The translations under genes and the position numbers were made by a program. Below, in pieces: positions 28,176 through 39,477 of a stretch of DNA of 64,000 nucleotides. Origin of the DNA: Macrostomum lignano (lineage: Eukaryota). The stretch spans positions 124,001 to 188,000 of the forward strand of contig NIVC01002256.1 in NCBI GenBank assembly GCA_002269645.1, written 5' to 3'. The notes below the pieces were generated by a model that was given only the letters and a program-made list of their open reading frames with translations, ran no database searches and was not told the DNA's origin. Each line of letters starts with the position of its first letter. Within the stretch, counting starts at the first letter, position 1.

Positions 28176-28189
28176 GTTGCCATGGCAAC
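28176..28189. promoter_or_regulatory. Perfect palindromic X-box (RFX) motif overlapping the TRPM start codon
   Basis: GTTGCCATGGCAAC, with extra half-sites CCTAGCAAC and GTTGCTA at 28106-28131. Function not shown by the sequence. Confidence 0.45.
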
Positions 28190-28573
28190 AAATTGCGGCT
28201 CGATCGGCCGAGTTGGCAGTTTAACCAACGGTGTCGGCGGCAACGAACCCGACGGCGACCTGGTGTCGGTCTCCTCCAGCCAGGAAGAAGTGTGGATTGA
28301 AACAAACATTCGCAAACGAGAATGCGTCAGGTTCGCGCCCGCGTCCTTGACGACCGGCGCGCAGCAGCAGCAGCAGCAGCAGCTGTGCCAGTGCGGTCGG
28401 GCATTTGCACAGCACCACAGCCTCGACCCCGGCTTAGCTGTCGGCTCCATGGCAGCCGCAGGCGGCGGAGCGGCCAGTGCAGCCTGGCGACCGGAGACTC
28501 ACACTGTTAGCTCGCCTACGGATGCGTACGGTGTGATTGAGTTTGCCAGCGGCCCGCACCCCACTATGGCCAG
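28182..28573 (+). CDS. TRPM: TRPM cation channel (alpha-TRPM, TRPM1/3/6/7-like, no kinase) exon 1 of 10; join(28182..28573,29804..30077,30888..31307,36311..36776,37775..37975,38916..39471,41892..42292 or 42385,46234..46985,48484..48940,50069..51297), ~1715-1746 aa
   Basis: GCCATGG start. MHR1 motifs WIETNIRKRECVRF, CQCGR and PTDAYGVIEF. Donor AG|GTGAGC (phase 2). Confidence 0.9.
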
Positions 28574-28604
28574 GTGAGCCTGACAGCGGGGCCCGCTAGG
28601 AGAT

Positions 28605-29760
28605 CTTTGTGAGAGTCTTTTTATGACACTTGCGACTGTTGTGAGAGTCTCTAAAGACACTTGTGAGAGTCACTGAAGACAGCTGTCAAAGTCTCTAAAG
28701 TCACTCAATTCGAAGTCTCTAAAGACACTTGTGAGAATCTAAAAGACACTTGTGAGAATCTAAGACACTCATTTCGGAGTCTTTAAAGACACTTTTGAGA
28801 GTCTCTAAAGATACTTGTGAGAGTCTCTAAAGATACTTGTGAGAGTCTCTAAAGACACTTGTGAGAGGCTCTAAAGACACTTGTGAGAGGCTCTAAAGAC
28901 ACTTGTGAGAGTCGCTTAAGACACTTGTGAGAGTCTCTCAAGACACTTGTGAATCTCTCAAGACACTTGTGAGAGTCTCTAAAGACACTTGTGTGAATCT
29001 CAAATATACACTTGTGTGAGTCTCTAAAGACACTTGTGTGAGTCTCTAAAGACACTTGTGAGAGTCACTGAAGACAGCTGTCAAAGTCTCTAAAGTCACT
29101 CAATTCGAAGTCTCTAAAGACACTTGTGAGAATCTAAAAGACACTTGTGAGAATCTAAGACACTCATTTCGGAGTCTTTAAAGACACTTTTGAGAGTCTC
29201 TAAAGATACTTGTGAGAGTCTCTAAAGATACTTGTGAGAGTCTCTAAAGACACTTGTGAGAGGCTCTAAAGACACTTGTGAGAGGCTCTAAAGACACTTG
29301 TGAGAGTCGCTTAAGACACTTGTGAGAGTCTCTCAAGACACTTGTGAATCTCTCAAGACACTTGTGAGAGTCTCTAAAGACACTTGTGTGAATCTCAAAT
29401 ATACACTTGTGTGAGTCTCTAAAGACACTTGTGTGAGTCTCTAAAGACACTTGTGTAAGTCTCTAAAGACACTTGTGCAAGTCTCTGAAGATACTTGTGA
29501 GAGTCTCTAAAGACACTTGTGTGAGTCTCTAAAGACACTTGTGTGAGTCTCTAAAGACACTTGTGTGAATCTCAAATACACTTGTTTGAATCTCTAAAGA
29601 CACTTGTGTGAATCTCTAAAGACACTTGTGTGAGTCTCTTAAGAAACTTTGCTTAAGTCTCTAAAGATACTCAGTTTGCGGTCTCTAAAGACACTTGTAA
29701 GAATCTCTAAAGACACTTGTAAGAATCTCTAAAGACACTTGCGTTGCGTCTTTAAAGACA
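28605..29760. repeat. 22-bp minisatellite (GAGAGTCTCTAAAGACACTTGT)n with a 395-bp higher-order duplication, TRPM intron 1
   Basis: Tandem units; the unique variant AGCTGTCAAA recurs at 28681 and 29076. Confidence 0.95.
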
Positions 29761-29803
29761 AAAGACTATATATCTGCATTCCCCTGTCTCACTACCGCCG
29801 CAG

Positions 29804-30077
29804 GTACATCCGTGTGGCTGAGGACACGGACCCGGCCCTGCTGCTACACGTGCTCACAAATGTTTGGCGCCTGCCGCTGCCAAAGCTGGTGCTCAGCGTT
29901 CACGGTGGCATGCAAAATTTTGAGCTGCAGCCCAGGCTGAGGCAGCTGGCTTTGAGCGGCCTGCTCAAAGCTGCTAAGACCACCGACGCCTGGCTTATCA
30001 GCACCGGCCTCGACAACGGCGTCTCCAGGCTGGTGGGCGAGGCCATCGGGGAGGAGGCGCGGGCCAGGGAGAATCGG
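29804..30077 (+). CDS. TRPM: TRPM exon 2
   Basis: YIRVAEDT...WRLPLPKLVLSVHGG..NFEL...GLLKAAKTTDAWL. GT/AG sites are phase-consistent. Confidence 0.93.
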
Positions 30078-30109
30078 GTGAGTGCTCTTTTCTGGTTCAA
30101 GGTCGGGTC

Positions 30110-30810
30110 ACAGATGGATCAGGGTTGAGTCATGGATGGGTCAAGATTGAGTCATGGGGAGGTCAGGGTTGTGTCATACATGGGTCAGAGTTGAGTCAGG
30201 GATGGGTTAATTTTGGGTCGTTGATGCGTCGTAGTTTGGGTCAGTGGAAGGTCATTTACATGTCAAAGATAAGTCAGGGATGAGTTGAGAGCTGGGTCAA
30301 GTCAAAGCTGGTTGAAGATAGGGTCCATGAGATGGGTCAATATAGGTTCAGAGATGGGTCAAGATAAGGTCCAGGAGATGGGCCAATATAGGGTCTGAGA
30401 TGGTTCAAGATAGGGTCAGAGATGGGTCCTGATAGGGTCCAGGAGATGGGTCAAGAAAGGGTCAGAGATGAGTCAAGAAAGAGTCAGAGATGAGCCAAGA
30501 AAGGGTCAGAGATGTGTCAGAAAGAGTCAGAGATGAGTCAAGAAAGGGTCAGAGATGAGTCAAGAAAGATTCAGAGATGAGTCAAGAAAGGGTCACAGAT
30601 GAGTCAAGAAAGATTCAGAGATGAGTCAAGAAAGGGTCAGAGATGAGTCAAGAAAGAGTCAGAGATGAGACAAGAAAGGGTCAGAGATGAGTTATGATAG
30701 GGTCTAGGAAATGGATCAATATTAACTGAGAAGCCAGTCAAGATTGTGCCAAGGATAGATCGAAGATGGTTCATAAATAGGTCATGATGATTATCTTGTA
30801 GATGAGTCCA
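30110..30810. repeat. ~22-bp minisatellite (GGGTCAGAGATGAGTCAAGAAA)n, TRPM intron 2
   Basis: Homogeneous centre with degenerate flanks. Confidence 0.88.
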
Positions 30811-30887
30811 TATCAGAATTTGATTTGAGTTTGGGTCAGAAATGGGTCAGCCAAAGGTCGAACGAAAATGCAACTCCATTACTCCAG

Positions 30888-31307
30888 GTGTGTGCCATCG
30901 GCATCGCTCCCTGGGGAGTGATCCGGGACCGCGACCAGCTGCTCGGCCGGAGCCGCACCTGCAAGTACTTCGCCATCAGTTCGGCAGGCAAATCTCTGTC
31001 CGTGCTGAACAGGTACCACAGCTACTTCCTACTGGTTGACGACGGCAGGTGCGGCTCTTACGGCACCGAGTCGCAGCTGCGGCGCAATCTGGAGCGCTAC
31101 CTGTGCAGCCTGCGCCTGTGCAAGTCGCACTTTGGAGTCGGCCTGGACCGGGTGCCAGTGGTTGCCACCCTGCTGGAGGGCGGCGCCAGCGCTTTCCGAC
31201 TGCTGTTGGACCTGACTCTGGGCAGCCCGCCTGTGCCCGTCGTGGTCTGCGATGGCAGCGGCCGGGCTGCCGACATTCTGGCGTTTGTGCACAAGTACAG
31301 CGACCAG
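30888..31307 (+). CDS. TRPM: TRPM exon 3 (SLOG/MHR2)
   Basis: AIGIAPWG, LNRYHSYFLLVDDG, PVVVCDGSGRAADILAF. Confidence 0.95.
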
Positions 31308-31344
31308 GTGAGAGCGGCGTTGCTTTAACTGCTCACTCTGTAGC

Positions 31345-31585
31345 ACACAACACAACCAGTGCTGAGAGGCAATTCTGCCCATTCCACTGACTCCTCAGCA
31401 CATGCAGGCGTGCCAATAATGTACACAGGCACGCACTCACACAGGATACTTTCTAATCGTCAGATATGTACACTTGACATGTACGCTTTGCGGAGTTGGC
31501 CATCGTTGCTGTGAATCGCATATGACAGCTAATCTTCGTGCACACAAGCCGCAAATGACTGTGGCGCACGGAATCGAGCCTGGGT
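31345..31585 (-). mobile_element. Diverged copy of the second SINE family, TRPM intron 3
   Basis: Homology to 1357-1610, including the reverse-complement B box GGAATCGAGCC. Confidence 0.6.
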
Positions 31586-31667
31586 CTGTGTGTGTCTGTC
31601 TACCTACACTTTAGGAGGTAGGTAGCTATGCGTTTCTTTGTTTGTGTGCGTCTGTGTCTGTGTGCGT

Positions 31668-31747
31668 CTCTCTTTGTGTGTCTCACTCTCCCTCTCTCTC
31701 TCTCCCTCTCTCTCTCTCACTCTCTCTCTCACTCTCTCTCTTTTCCC

Positions 31748-31781
<34 letters not shown>

Positions 31782-31783
31782 CC

Positions 31784-31873
<90 letters not shown>

Positions 31874-31929
31874 TCTCCCTCTCCCTCTCTCTCTCCCTCT
31901 CTCTCTCTCTCTCCCTCTCTCTCTCCCTC

Positions 31930-31971
<42 letters not shown>

Positions 31972-32025
31972 TCTCCCTCTCCCTCTCTCTCTCCCTCTCT
32001 CTCTCTCTCTCCCTCTCTCTCTCTC

Positions 32026-32079
<54 letters not shown>

Positions 32080-32200
32080 CCCCCCTCTCTCTCTCTCTTC
32101 TCCCTCTCTCTCTCTCTCCTCTCTCCCTCTCTCTCTCTCTCTCTCTCTACCTCTCTCTCTCTCCTCTCCCCCCTCTCTCTCTCTCTTCTCCCTCTCTCTC

Positions 32201-32272
<72 letters not shown>

Positions 32273-32294
32273 CCCCCTCCCTCTCTCCTCCCCC

Positions 32295-32383
<89 letters not shown>

Positions 32384-32507
32384 TCTCCCCCCTCTCTCTC
32401 TCTCTTCTCCCTCTCTCTCCCTCTCTCCCTCTCTCTCTCTCTCTCTCTACTCTCTCTCTCTCCCCCTCCCCCCCCCTCTTCTCTCTCTCTCTCCCTTCTC
32501 TCTCTCT

Positions 32508-32560
<53 letters not shown>

Positions 32561-32602
32561 TCTCTCTCCCTCTCCCCTCTCTCTCCTCCCTCTCTTCTCT
32601 CT

Positions 32603-32656
<54 letters not shown>

Positions 32657-32708
32657 TCTCTCTCTCTCTCTCTCTCCCCTCTTCCCCCCTCCCCCCTCTC
32701 TCTCCTCC

Positions 32709-32778
<70 letters not shown>

Positions 32779-32798
32779 CTCTCTCCTTCCTCCTCCCT

Positions 32799-32844
<46 letters not shown>

Positions 32845-33020
32845 TCTCTCTCTCTCTCTCCCTCCTCTCTCTCTCTTTCTCTCTTCTCTCTCTCTCTACC
32901 TCTCTCTCTCTCTCTTCTCCCTCTCTCTCTCTCTCTCTCTCTCTTCTTCTCTCTCTCTCTCTCCCTCTCTCCTCTCTCTCTCCCCCCTTCTCTCTCTCTC
33001 TCTCTCTCTCTCCCTTCTCT

Positions 33021-33058
<38 letters not shown>

Positions 33059-33123
33059 TCCCCCCCCTCTCTCTCTCTCCCTTCTCCCCCTCTCTCTCTT
33101 CTTCTCCTTCTCTCTCCCTCTCT

Positions 33124-33164
<41 letters not shown>

Positions 33165-33191
33165 TCTCTCTCCCTCTCCCCCCTCTTCTCC

Positions 33192-33224
<33 letters not shown>

Positions 33225-33300
33225 CTCACTCTCTCTCTCTCTCTCCCTCTCTCCCTCTCTCTCCCCTCTCTTCTCTCCCTCTCTTCTCTCTCTCTCCCTC

Positions 33301-33343
<43 letters not shown>

Positions 33344-33459
33344 CCTCTCCCCCCCTCTCTCTCTCTCTTCTCCCTCTCTCTCTCCCTCTCTCCCTCTCTC
33401 TCTCTCTCTCTCTCTACCTCTCTCTCTCCCTCTCCCCCCCTCTCTCTCTCTCTTCTCCC

Positions 33460-33511
<52 letters not shown>

Positions 33512-33548
33512 CCCTCTCTCTCTCCCTCTCCCCCCTCTCTCTCCCTCC

Positions 33549-33616
<68 letters not shown>

Positions 33617-33670
33617 CTCCTCTCTCTCTTTCTCTCTTCTCTCTCTCTACCTCTCTCTCTCTCTCTTTCC

Positions 33671-33732
<62 letters not shown>

Positions 33733-33748
33733 TCTCCCTCTCTCTCCC

Positions 33749-33801
<53 letters not shown>

Positions 33802-33857
33802 CTCCCTCTCTCTCTTTCTCTCTTCTCTCTCTCTACCTCTCTCTCTCTCTCTTCTCC

Positions 33858-33913
<56 letters not shown>

Positions 33914-33930
33914 TCTCCCTCTCTCTCCCC

Positions 33931-33969
<39 letters not shown>

Positions 33970-34051
33970 CTCTCTCCCTCTCTCTCCCCCTCTCTCTCTC
34001 TCTCTCTCTCTCTCTTCCCTTCTCTCTCTCTCCCTCTCTCCCTCTCTCCCC

Positions 34052-34109
<58 letters not shown>

Positions 34110-34120
34110 TCTCTCTCTCT
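31668..34120. repeat. 2.45-kb interrupted (CT)n polypyrimidine array, TRPM intron 3
   Basis: Almost purely C/T; the (SL)n ORFs are artefacts. Confidence 0.98.
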
Positions 34121-34756
34121 CGTCAGCTATGCGCTTGCCGCTGAGCTGCTCTGGCCAAGCTGCGAGTCTGGCAGCGAAATCGACTCAACTAGTGGATTTT
34201 CGAGTTTTGATTATTAAGTGAGGGATTAGTGCAGGCTATCCAATGCCTACCCGACTGCATATACAGCTATGATTATTATTATTCTATACACTGTTGAGCA
34301 AGCTTCTAATATTTTATTCTCATTTGGGACTTTGCTAAGAAACTGATTGACTTGACTGGAGGAGACTCCCTTCCTGTTGGTCAGCTAAAAATGAAGTGTG
34401 TCTCGGTGTCATGGACCTCTTCGATGGGGCTGCCAATCAAGAAGCTATATTGATTTTTTCTTGCCTAAGCTTCTGCTGGAGAGGGTGCGGCAGCCTTTCA
34501 AGTCTTCCGGAGAGCTCTGAATTTGAGCTGAGCACACTTGAGAGCTTTCTGCCTGTTTCGTTGCACTTGGATCAACTATATTTTTCGGCAGAAAGGAAGC
34601 CTTTTCAAGAGCAGGTGTTTTCTCTGGCCTGAATTTCTCATGAGTGTATTGATGGGACTTGTGCTTAAAACCTCACTTGAGAAACCGATGATGATGATGG
34701 GAATAAGAAATCTGACTTCTGTTTTTTAGTTTGCTTTTGTACTGTCTGTGATATGT

Positions 34757-35868
34757 ATGTGCATCTCAGTGCTGTGTCTGTGCATCTCAGTGCTGTGTCT
34801 GTGCATCTCAGTGCTGTGTCTGTGCATCTCAGTGCTGTGTCTGTGCATCTCAGTGCTGTGTCTGTGCATCTCAGTGCTGTGTCTGTGCATCTCTGTGCTG
34901 TGTCTGTGCATCTCTGTGCTGTGTCTGTGCATCTCAGTGCTGTGTCTGTGCATCTCAGTGCTGTGTCTGTGCATCTCTGTGCTGTGTCTGTGCATCTCAG
35001 TGCTGTGTCTGTGCATCTCAGTGCTGTGTCTGTGCATCTCAGTGCTGTGTCTGTGCATCTCAGTGCTGTGTCTGTGCATCTCTGTGCTGTGTCTGTGCAT
35101 CTCTGTGCTGTGTCTGTGCATCTCAGTGCTGTGTCTGTGCATCTCAGTGCTGTGTCTGTGCATCTCAGTGCTGTGTCTGTGCATCTCAGTGCTGTGTCTG
35201 TGCATCTCTGTGCTGTGTCTGTGCATCTCAGTGCTGTGTCTGTGCATCTCAGTGCTGTGTCTGTGCATCTCAGTGCTGTGTCTGTGCATCTCTGTGCTGT
35301 GTCTGTGCATCTCAGTGCTGTGTCTGTGCTGTGTCTGTGCATCTCTGTGCTGTGTCTGTGCATCTCTGTGCTGTGTCTGTGCGCATCTCAGTGCTGTGTC
35401 TGTGCTGTGTCTGTGCATCTCTGTGCTGTGTCTGTGCATCTCTGTGCTGTGTCTGTGCATCTCAGTGCTGTGTCTGTGCATCTCAGTGCTGTGTCTGTGC
35501 ATCTCAGTGCTGTGTCGGTGCATCTCAGTGCTGTGTCGGTGCATCTCAGTGCTGTGTCTGTGCATCTCAGTGCTGTGTCTGTGCTGTGTCTGTGCATCTC
35601 TGTGCTGTGTCTGTGCATCTCTGTGCTGTGTCTGTGCATCTCAGTGCTGTGTCTGTGCATCTCAGTGCTGTGTCTGTGCATCTCAGTGCTGTGTCTGTGC
35701 ATCTCAGTGCTGTGTCTGTGCATCTCAGTGCTGTGTCTGTGCATCTCTGTGCTGTGTCTGTGCATCTCTGTGCTGTGTCTGTGCATCTCTGTGCTGTGTC
35801 TGTGCATCTCTGTGCTGTGTCTGTGCATCTCAGTGCTGTGTCTGTGCATCTCTGTGCTGTCTATATAA

Positions 35869-35940
<72 letters not shown>

Positions 35941-35946
35941 TTATCT
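34757..35946. repeat. 20-bp minisatellite (GTGCTGTGTCTGTGCATCTCW)n followed by (CTAT)n
   Basis: Tandem units 34757-35858, then (CTAT)n 35865-35946; related fragments continue to ~36170. Confidence 0.96.
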
Positions 35947-36310
35947 GTGCCTTAATCGTTTCCGGTGATCTTGTGTGCGTGCTTTCAGCTTGATTGGCTG
36001 CGGCAAGCAAGCTCGAAAGAGCTCGCTTCGCTCGCTCTTTCTCGCTATCTACTATCTATCTATCTATCTATTTATCTGTGTCTGTGCTGTGTCTGCCCTG
36101 TGTCTGTGCATCTCTGTCCTGTGTCTGCCCTGTGTCTGTGCATCTCTGTCCTGTGTCCTGTCCTGTGTAAAACTGTCCGTATGTCTGAACATCCCTCTAG
36201 AAGCATTTAAACCTGTAAATCATACATTGTGTCAAGTTTCAGTTCGATACATATCGGTAAATAGTCCAGCAGTTACTAATAGACTATCACTCCCTAACAA
36301 ATGAATGCAG

Positions 36311-36776
36311 GTGCTAAGCCAGCCCGATCTCAGCAACCAGCTGGTAGATCTCATAGAGAGCAAGTTCCATCTCAGCCGGGCACAGTCTGTCGCAGTGATC
36401 CAGGAGCTCCGCATGTGCTTCCTTGGCCCCGGCCGGTTGCTTATCTTCGTGTTCCGGCCGGGCGAAGGCGTCTTCAAAGATCTGGACGATGCGATTCTCA
36501 CCTCTCTGTTGACTTCGCAGCGTCTGTCGCGTGCCAGCCAGCTGAAGCTGACCATGGCCTGGGACCGGATGGACCTGGCCCGTTCGCACCTGTTCCAGTA
36601 CGGCCAGGATTGGAAACCTGCGGATCTGGACAGGGCCATGATGGAGGCGCTGATGAATGATCGAATCGATTTTATTCGCCTGTTCCTCGAATGGGGCGTC
36701 AATGTGCAGCGGTTTCTAACTCGGATCAGGCTTGAAGAGCTGTACTCGTTCTGTTTGTACAGCGACGAGTCTAAGA
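36311..36776 (+). CDS. TRPM: TRPM exon 4 (MHR3)
   Basis: DLDDAILTSLL, QLKLTMAWDRMDLAR, MMEALMNDRIDFIRLFLEWG, FLTRIRLEELY. Confidence 0.93.
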
Positions 36777-36847
36777 GTGAGCGTCATTATATGGGCATGA
36801 CCTTGATTTGAAGCTTTTATCAAGTAATGTCCTCGATTGTCCTTTGT

Positions 36848-37550
36848 GAGGCCATGACCCTAATTTGGTGTCATTATGGGGTCATGATCCTAATTTGGTG
36901 TTATTATGAGGCCATGATCCTAATTTGGTGTTATTATGAGGCCATGATCCTAATTTGGTGTTATTATGAGGCCATGATCCTAATTTGGTGTTTTTATGAG
37001 GTCATGATCCTAATTTGGTGTTATTATGAGGCCATGACCCTAGTTTGGTGCTATTATGAAGCCATGACACTAATTTGGTGTTTTTATGAGGCCATGATCC
37101 TAATTTGGTATTATTATGAGGTCATGATCCTAATTTGGTATTATTATGAGGTCATGATCCTAATTTGGTATTATTATGAGGTCATGATCCTAATTTGGTG
37201 TTATTATGAGGCCATGACCCTAGTTTGGTGCTATTATGAAGCCATGACACTAATTTGGTGTTTTTATGAGGCCATGATCCTAATTTGGTATTATTATGAG
37301 GTCATGATCCTAATTTGGTATTATTATGAGGTCATGATCCTAATTTGGTATTATTATGAGGTCATGATCCTAATTTGGTGTTATTATGAGACCATGACCC
37401 TAGTTTGGTGTCATTATGAGACCATGACCCTAATTTGGTGTTTTTATGAGACCATGACCCTAATTTGGTGTTATTATGAGACCATGACCCTAATTTGGTG
37501 TTATTATGAGACCATGACCCTAATTTGGTGTTATAATGAGGCCATGACCC
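36848..37550. repeat. 30-bp minisatellite (GCCATGATCCTAATTTGGTGTTATTATGAG)n, TRPM intron 4
   Basis: About 23 copies; 37021-37200 is duplicated at 37201-37380. Confidence 0.96.
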
Positions 37551-37774
37551 AACGTCGTGCTTTTCTTTGAGTCGTAACCCGAATGTGCTGTTTTTTCTTG
37601 GGGTGGTGCTTTTTCTTGGGAAACACAGACCCGATTCACCCCGAAAGGTGACCCGATTGACGCTGTATGGTCATGACGACCCGATTGAACTCCCTGGAAG
37701 TCGCAAATTCATAAATTATAACCAGTTGGTGCAGATAAAGCAGTGTAAATTAAATAAACACAATAATTGCCCAG

Positions 37775-37975
37775 GCGGTCACGACAAGCACCTTCGCCGA
37801 TTGCTCAAGCGCACCCTGCCCAAGTACTCCGGCAGGCACAGGCACCGACTCTCGCTGTACATTGTTGGCCGCCTGATCCAAGAGCTCATTGGCGGCGGCT
37901 ACACGCACGAGTACACTCGGCGATACGCCAATTCTAAGGCCCCATTGGCGCCCTGGTCCGCCTCCGAGAGCAAGG
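37775..37975 (+). CDS. TRPM: TRPM exon 5
   Basis: LYIVGRLIQELIGGGY matches the 'IGxVxExLMGG.Y' motif. Phase 1 at both ends. Confidence 0.85.
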
Positions 37976-38079
37976 GTAAAGCGCTCTAACTTCTAAGTCA
38001 TCTTTCTTGTGTTCTGGGTGACCTATCGCTACCCTGAGCGACTATTCTCAATACCGAGTATCCCAATCCTTATACTCCC

Positions 38080-38870
38080 AATCCGAACAGACCTATATTC
38101 CCAATCCGGAGTGACCTATATCCTCAATCCGGAGTGACCTATCCTCAATCCGGAGTGACGTATATTTCCAATCCAGAGTGACCTATATCCTCAATTCGGA
38201 GTGACGTATATCCCCAATCCGGAGTGACCTATCCTCAATCCGGAATGACCTATATCCCCAATCCGGAGTGACATGTATCCTCAATCTAGAGTGACCTGTA
38301 TCCCTAATTCAGAGTGACCTGTATCCCAATCCAGGGTGACCTGTATTCATAATCCAGAGTGACCTGTATCCCTAATCCAGAGTGACCTGTATTCCTAATT
38401 CAGAGTGACCTGTATTCCTAATTCAGAGTGACCTGTATTCCTAATCCAAAGTGACCTGTATCCCTAATCCAGGGTGACCTGTATTCATAATCCAGAGTGA
38501 CCTGTATCCCTAATCCAAAGTGACCTGTATCCCTAATTCAGAGTGACCTGTATCCCTAATTCAGAGTGACCTGTATCCCTAATTCAGAGTGACCTGTATC
38601 CCTAATTCAGAGTGACCTGTATCCCTAATTCAGAGTGACCTGTATCCCTAATTCAGAGTGACCTGTATCCCTAATTCAGAGTGACCTGTATCCCTAATTC
38701 AGAGTGACCTGTATCCCTAATTCAGAGTGACCTGTATCCCTAATTCAGAGTGACCTGTATCCCTAATTCAGAGTGACCTGTATCCCTAATCCAGAGTGAC
38801 CTGTATCCCTAAATCCAAAGCGACCCATATCCTAATCCAGAGTGACCTATGTCCAATCCGGAGTGAACTA
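38080..38870. repeat. 23-bp minisatellite (CAGAGTGACCTGTATCCCTAATT)n, TRPM intron 5
   Basis: Tandem units, degenerate at both edges. Confidence 0.94.
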
Positions 38871-38915
38871 TATCTCCGCCAATCTCCTCACTTTCATAAA
38901 ACTAAGCTGCTCCAG

Positions 38916-39471
38916 ATGTCGCCCTGGGAACAGCCGCCGCCGCCAGCCCATCAGCTGCCGCCCCATCAACCGCAGCGGCTACGCCAGCAAACGCCAATGT
39001 TTTCTTTAGCGGCCTCCGCAACGTCCGATCTCGACTTGGCATCAACCCGGAAGAAGAACCGCCTTTGCAGCTGAAGCAGAGCGACTTCCGCTTTCCTTAC
39101 TCGGACCTCATGACCTGGGCGGTGCTGTGCCGCCGTTACACCCTCGCCTGGTTTTTCCTTCAATGCGGCGAAGACTCCACAGCCAAGGCGCTGTACGCGG
39201 CCGCGCTTCTGCGCGCTATCGCCGCCCGAGTCGACGAGGACGTCCAATCTGAGTATCACCTGGAGCTGGCCGACTGGGCTGACAAATACGAGACCGAAGC
39301 CCTAGCCATGCTGGACCACTGCCACAGGTTCGATCCCAGGCGGGCCAGGCGCCTCGTCACCTACCGGCTGGCGGAGTTCGGCGGGCACACCTGCATGAGC
39401 CTGGCCTACACGTCTAGAAGTATGCGCTTTCTCAGCCACGCCTGCCCGCAGGTTATCCTCAATGACCTTTG
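38916..39471 (+). CDS. TRPM: TRPM exon 6 (MHR4)
   Basis: FRFPYSDLMTWAVL, GEDSTAKALYA, FGGHTCMSLA, FLSHACPQVILNDLW. Confidence 0.93.
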
Positions 39472-39477
39472 GTGAGC

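Noticed and set aside
31628-34221. 838-859 aa (SL)n ORFs
   Set aside because: Translations of a (CT)n array inside TRPM intron 3.
34665-37570. Repeat-peptide ORFs (MHRHSTE, CTDTALR, YYEAMILIW)
   Set aside because: Readings of intronic minisatellites with no coding context.
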